Source: Marsupella aquatica (lineage: Eukaryota; Plantae; Marchantiophyta). Taken from it: a stretch of 64,000 nt of DNA. Below, piece after piece: positions 60,174-64,000 of this stretch. The notes under the pieces are model-generated. The model was given only the letters and a program-made list of their open reading frames with translations. It ran no database searches and had not been told where the DNA came from. The DNA is taken from the NCBI GenBank assembly GCA_973895155.1, contig OZ316893.1:25966798-26030797 (forward strand), read 5' to 3'. Each line of letters begins with the position of its first letter. Within the stretch, counting starts at the first letter, position 1. A program made the position numbers and the translations under genes.

Positions 60174-60967
60174 GTGGTTTTACAATACCGATAACCCAAC
60201 TAGACAAGGGTTAAGCCCATTGGTCCGACTTGTATGAGGGACAAGTCAGCTTAGGGTCTGTTCCCTTGGCACTGTAGGCCACCAGACTGCCCTCAAGGTC
60301 TCCAGCATGGTTCTCCCATAGAGGGACTGTTTGTTGATTCCACTTTGAGAAGTGTGGTTAAAAAATGATTCCCTGGGCAAGAACACAAGGGCAATGCATC
60401 GGCAAAAGTCCTCAGCAATGGAACTTCCAACCCTACACAGTCCGGGTGGAGAACCCACCCAATCGGGACGCAACACATGGTAGACGTCGAGTTAACCTTG
60501 CAAGTAACCATAGTTGAACAATGTGGCAGTTTTATAACTGCAACAACAAAAAAAACGTGGTAGTATTGTAATTAAAAACATCTTTAGTGACAACATACTT
60601 GGATAATTGCAATTGAAAGCTACTCTTACTAGGGCCTAGTGTCTACAGTGAAGCCTTTAGACCATGACTCAGGGGCATAACTGGATGAGGGTGTGGATAG
60701 AAAATAGAGATCGGGGCAAGTTATTGAAAAATATTTGAACATGAATTGTTAGCAATAGAAAATCAAAAATTTAGAAGGTTTCACCTCTATTTACCTTCAA
60801 AGAATGGTAGTGAGACTATGTAATTTGACACTCCAAGAAAAAAGGGTCTAACCTACAAGTTCTTGTAGAGCTCCCTTAGGACCCTCTTGCATATAGATGG
60901 TCTGAAAACAAATTGGAGCTTACCACTCCTACATTTTTGGTAAAAAGTGCATCACAAGTCTGCACAG

Positions 60968-61130
60968 AATCAGCTATGGAAAACTTGCTTCATTTAAATT
61001 TAAAGGTCTGGATTAAAAGGGAATCAGCTAAGGAAAGACTTGCTTCATTTGTTCAATTAGAAATTCAAAGGTCGGGATTAACAGGGAATCAGCTAAGGAT
61101 TGACTCACTTCATTTGTTAATAAAGGTCCG
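60968..61130. repeat. 3 diverged tandem units of about 55-65 bp
   Basis: aatcagcta(t/a)gga...cttcattt...aaaggtc three times. Confidence 0.8.
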
Positions 61131-61975
61131 AACTAAAAGCCCAGAAACTTCCAACCCTTGCCCTTCAATATGCTGACCCATCAGGATAGGAATGTGAAAA
61201 AACTAAGAGATAAGTCTTGGGCTCTTCTCCTTGTATATGGCTAGTGGCAATTTAAGGACCTATTATTTTGAGTACTCTAGAGGAGAGGAATGTGAAAAAC
61301 CAAGGGAGAAGTCTTGGACTCTCTCCTTTTATAAACTGCTATATGGTGAATACACCTTTCAGATTTTGTCTTATTCAGAGTTTTGGTGTCATATATTTGT
61401 ATTCCAATGTGCCTTATGAAGGGGCAGCCTGTGTATCATATACATTTTTAATTATTTTATGGACCCATTAATTTTTAGTATTGTAAAGTATTTTGAACAT
61501 ATTCAGCCCCCTTACAAATTTTAATGTTTGTGATTTATTAGAGTTGAAATAAACTGCTCCACCACTGGAACATTCTCATGAATGAGAGAAGTGATTCTGA
61601 TTGTGTCTTAAGTTCTCCTCATGTCTTTCTTTCCTAAGTTTATGGTTTTTATTGAAATGGGTGTCATTCATGAGGACATTGAATTAAGTGCACACATGTA
61701 CCATCCTTGATTATACTTTTCATTGGTCACTGTGCACAAATCCTTCTAGTTATGTTCTCATATTTTATTTATCACTACAAGACAAAAACTCAAGCATGTT
61801 CCAGGATGAGCATGCTATATATAGCTAGTGACAATTTTAGGACCTATTAGGGTGTGTCAAAGCACAGTTGTAATTCAATTACGGTTCAAGACATACAATG
61901 CTGTTAGGTCAAAACAAAATCACTATGGGCTACCAAACTGAGTATCCCATAAGGATGATACTTCCAAAAAAAATA

Positions 61976-62159
61976 AAGTAGTAACATTTTGGTTAGAGGA
62001 GAATTATGTGGGGAGAATTTTGACACACCCTATTATTTTGAGTACAAATATTCTCTACATGCAAGGCAAGTAGTAACATTTTGGTTACAGGAGAATTATG
62101 TGGGGAGAATTTTGACACACCCTATTATTTTGAATACAAATATTTTCTACATGCAAGGC
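61976..62159. repeat. 92-bp tandem duplication
   Basis: aagtagtaacattttggtta.aggagaattatgtggggagaattttgacacaccctattattttga.tacaaatatt.tctacatgcaaggc twice. Confidence 0.95.
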
Positions 62160-62404
62160 TGCCCTTGTAAGATCACTCGCCAAGACCTTTCGGTCTTGAG
62201 GTCGATCCCGAGCAGCAGCCGCTCAGCGGTAACACGTCTGGAGGTCGATCCCGAGCACGAGCGCCTCGGGTGGTCACACTTCTTGACGCTATAGCACCTC
62301 AGTGTGGCCTGCTCTGAAGCGAGCGCGAAGAAAAGTGGAGAGCAAACTCATCTCGCGGCGATCGAATAGCTTCAGCAGCAGCAGCAGCAGACGCAGATTT
62401 GTTC

Positions 62405-63517
62405 ATGGTAGAGAAAGAGATGGAGGATGACGAGGAATTCGGTGATGCTGTTGTCCACGGGGTGCAGCAGCAGCAGCAGCAGCAGCAGGAACAGCAGGAA
62501 CAGCAGGACCTCGGCCTCTCCAGAGACTTGGACGCGAGCGCAGTGATTCCGTCGCAAGCAGTGCCGGTCGTTGGAGTGCCGAATTATCCCGACTGCATCA
62601 AATGGTCGGAAGAAAATCTGCTGGCCATCGGCGCAGGGCATCTCGTCACAATTCTGGTAAGCGTGCATTACTGGTTCGCGTTTTCAAGGCTTTTGGTCCA
62701 GAAATTGCCTGCCTGTTTCTTTTATTGGTTTCTTCGTTTGCTGTTTGAATGTTTTGCTTAGGGGTTTTCACCTCAGTCTGGTTGGTGCAATTGTCAATTT
62801 CGTTAATCCTTTACGTGAGGACTCTTTGCGAGGACAATGTGTTTCCTACCTGTTTATTATTGCCGTCTTCTTTGCTAGAGGTTTGGTTAAGTTGATGGTT
62901 TGGCCTAAGGTTTTCTGCACATTCTGGTGGAGAAGAAATTTCCGGGAGTCGTTAGTACAGAAAGAGTGCGCAAGAGCAATGCGCTTCTTTCGTCTGTCCA
63001 AGAAAAAATTGATGATTTTAAAGTCATTTCTTGGGAACCAATGGTAAATATGAGTTGGAGAGGGTTTAAGGTTGGAGACTCTGAATATTGCATGGTTGTG
63101 GTGTATATCCACTTCATCTCTTGTGCGTTTATCAATGCTGCACTTTCTCTCTTTTTTTGGTTTTTGTTTGTGGAGTTTGAGCCCACGTAATTTTTTCTGA
63201 AGGCCTGTGAAGTGTGCTTCTATTGCTTGGGCGGCTTTGTCCTAATTCAATTCTCTGATGTGGAAATTACCCCTCATAAAGAGACCGAGCAGCTGAAACG
63301 TATTGGTTTGTGAGCTCTCTCCTTAGTAAGGTTGTTTGGGTCGTGGGAACTTTATTGTACCAAACTGTGCTTTAGGCTTCGGGTGTTTTTGCCTGAAATG
63401 ACGCGGTGGTCACGGATGTTGACTGATTCCAGAATCCAGCCTCCATGGGCGGTCCGAGGGGGTTTGTTCCAGTTGCCACGAGCCCCATTTTTGACTTCGG
63501 GAGGGTGCAGCTCGAAG
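62405..63517 (+). CDS. 5' part of a WD40 / TFIIIC subunit 4 (90 kDa)-like gene; exons 62405-62656 and 63433-63517; continues beyond the window
   Basis: QAVPVVGVPNYPDCIKWSEENLLAIGAGHLVTIL|NPASMGGPRG resembles the plant TFIIIC-delta-like N-terminus as I recall it (PSYPNAIAWS.ENLIAVA.GHLV.ILNP..P.GPRG); polyQ extension. Confidence 0.75.
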
Positions 63518-64000
63518 GTATGATACCTTAAACCGAATAGAAAACATTAGTTTGAAAAGCGTCATTTCGAGCAATTTTTGTGGTTTTGTGTTTCTTTTTG
63601 CATGTACACTAGGTGAAATGAGGGAGCAGGAAATAAGTAATATCTCGATTTTTGCTTCGTAGGTTAGCAGTGCCCCAAGTAAAGAAGGGTCTGCGTTCCG
63701 TTTTACATATCTGCTGCACAGCGGACAACTTAGGTGACAAATATTTTCTGTACAGAAGAAGTGATCCAAGGATCTGATCAAAATGCAGTGAGGGGCTTGA
63801 GCGTTCGAGTACTCTGCTTTGTTTTAGAATGGAGAAATCTGTTGTCTACAACAGCTATGCATTCTGGGATGTTAGATCGGATCTCTAGTCCTGGATGTAA
63901 ACTAATAGAATCCCTGCGTATTACATCTTGAAAGCCTAGATATATAAATACTAAAATTGGGGTACCACCACAAAATTTGAGTGGACCGAACTGATGAAAT

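Noticed and set aside
61773-61787. CACTACAAGACAAAA resembling an En/Spm TIR
   Set aside because: No correctly oriented partner TIR or subterminal repeats in the window

Overview
Eukaryotic, intron-rich land-plant nuclear DNA (gene style suggests a bryophyte, probably a liverwort; inference only). I reassembled the spliced genes by hand: myo-inositol oxygenase (-), a decayed ARPC4 pseudogene (-), a J-domain protein (-), an alpha/beta-hydrolase (-), APC1 (-), a DHH/DHHA1-type phosphoesterase (+) and the 5' end of a TFIIIC-subunit-4-like WD40 gene (+). The centre holds a complete, very young Ty1/copia retrotransposon (23714-29556) with 475-bp LTRs that look identical and an AATAG target-site duplication. 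Its gag and pol are in the same frame, separated by one TGA that lies inside a frame-preserving 45-nt GT-AG segment. Other highlights: multi-hit inactivation of ARPC4 with introns retained, a segment of about 400 bp shared between the first introns of two unrelated neighbouring genes, a tRNA-like relic, and a related solo LTR abutting a kinase fragment. Intergenic DNA also has MITE, Helitron and CACTA relics and many short tandem duplications.
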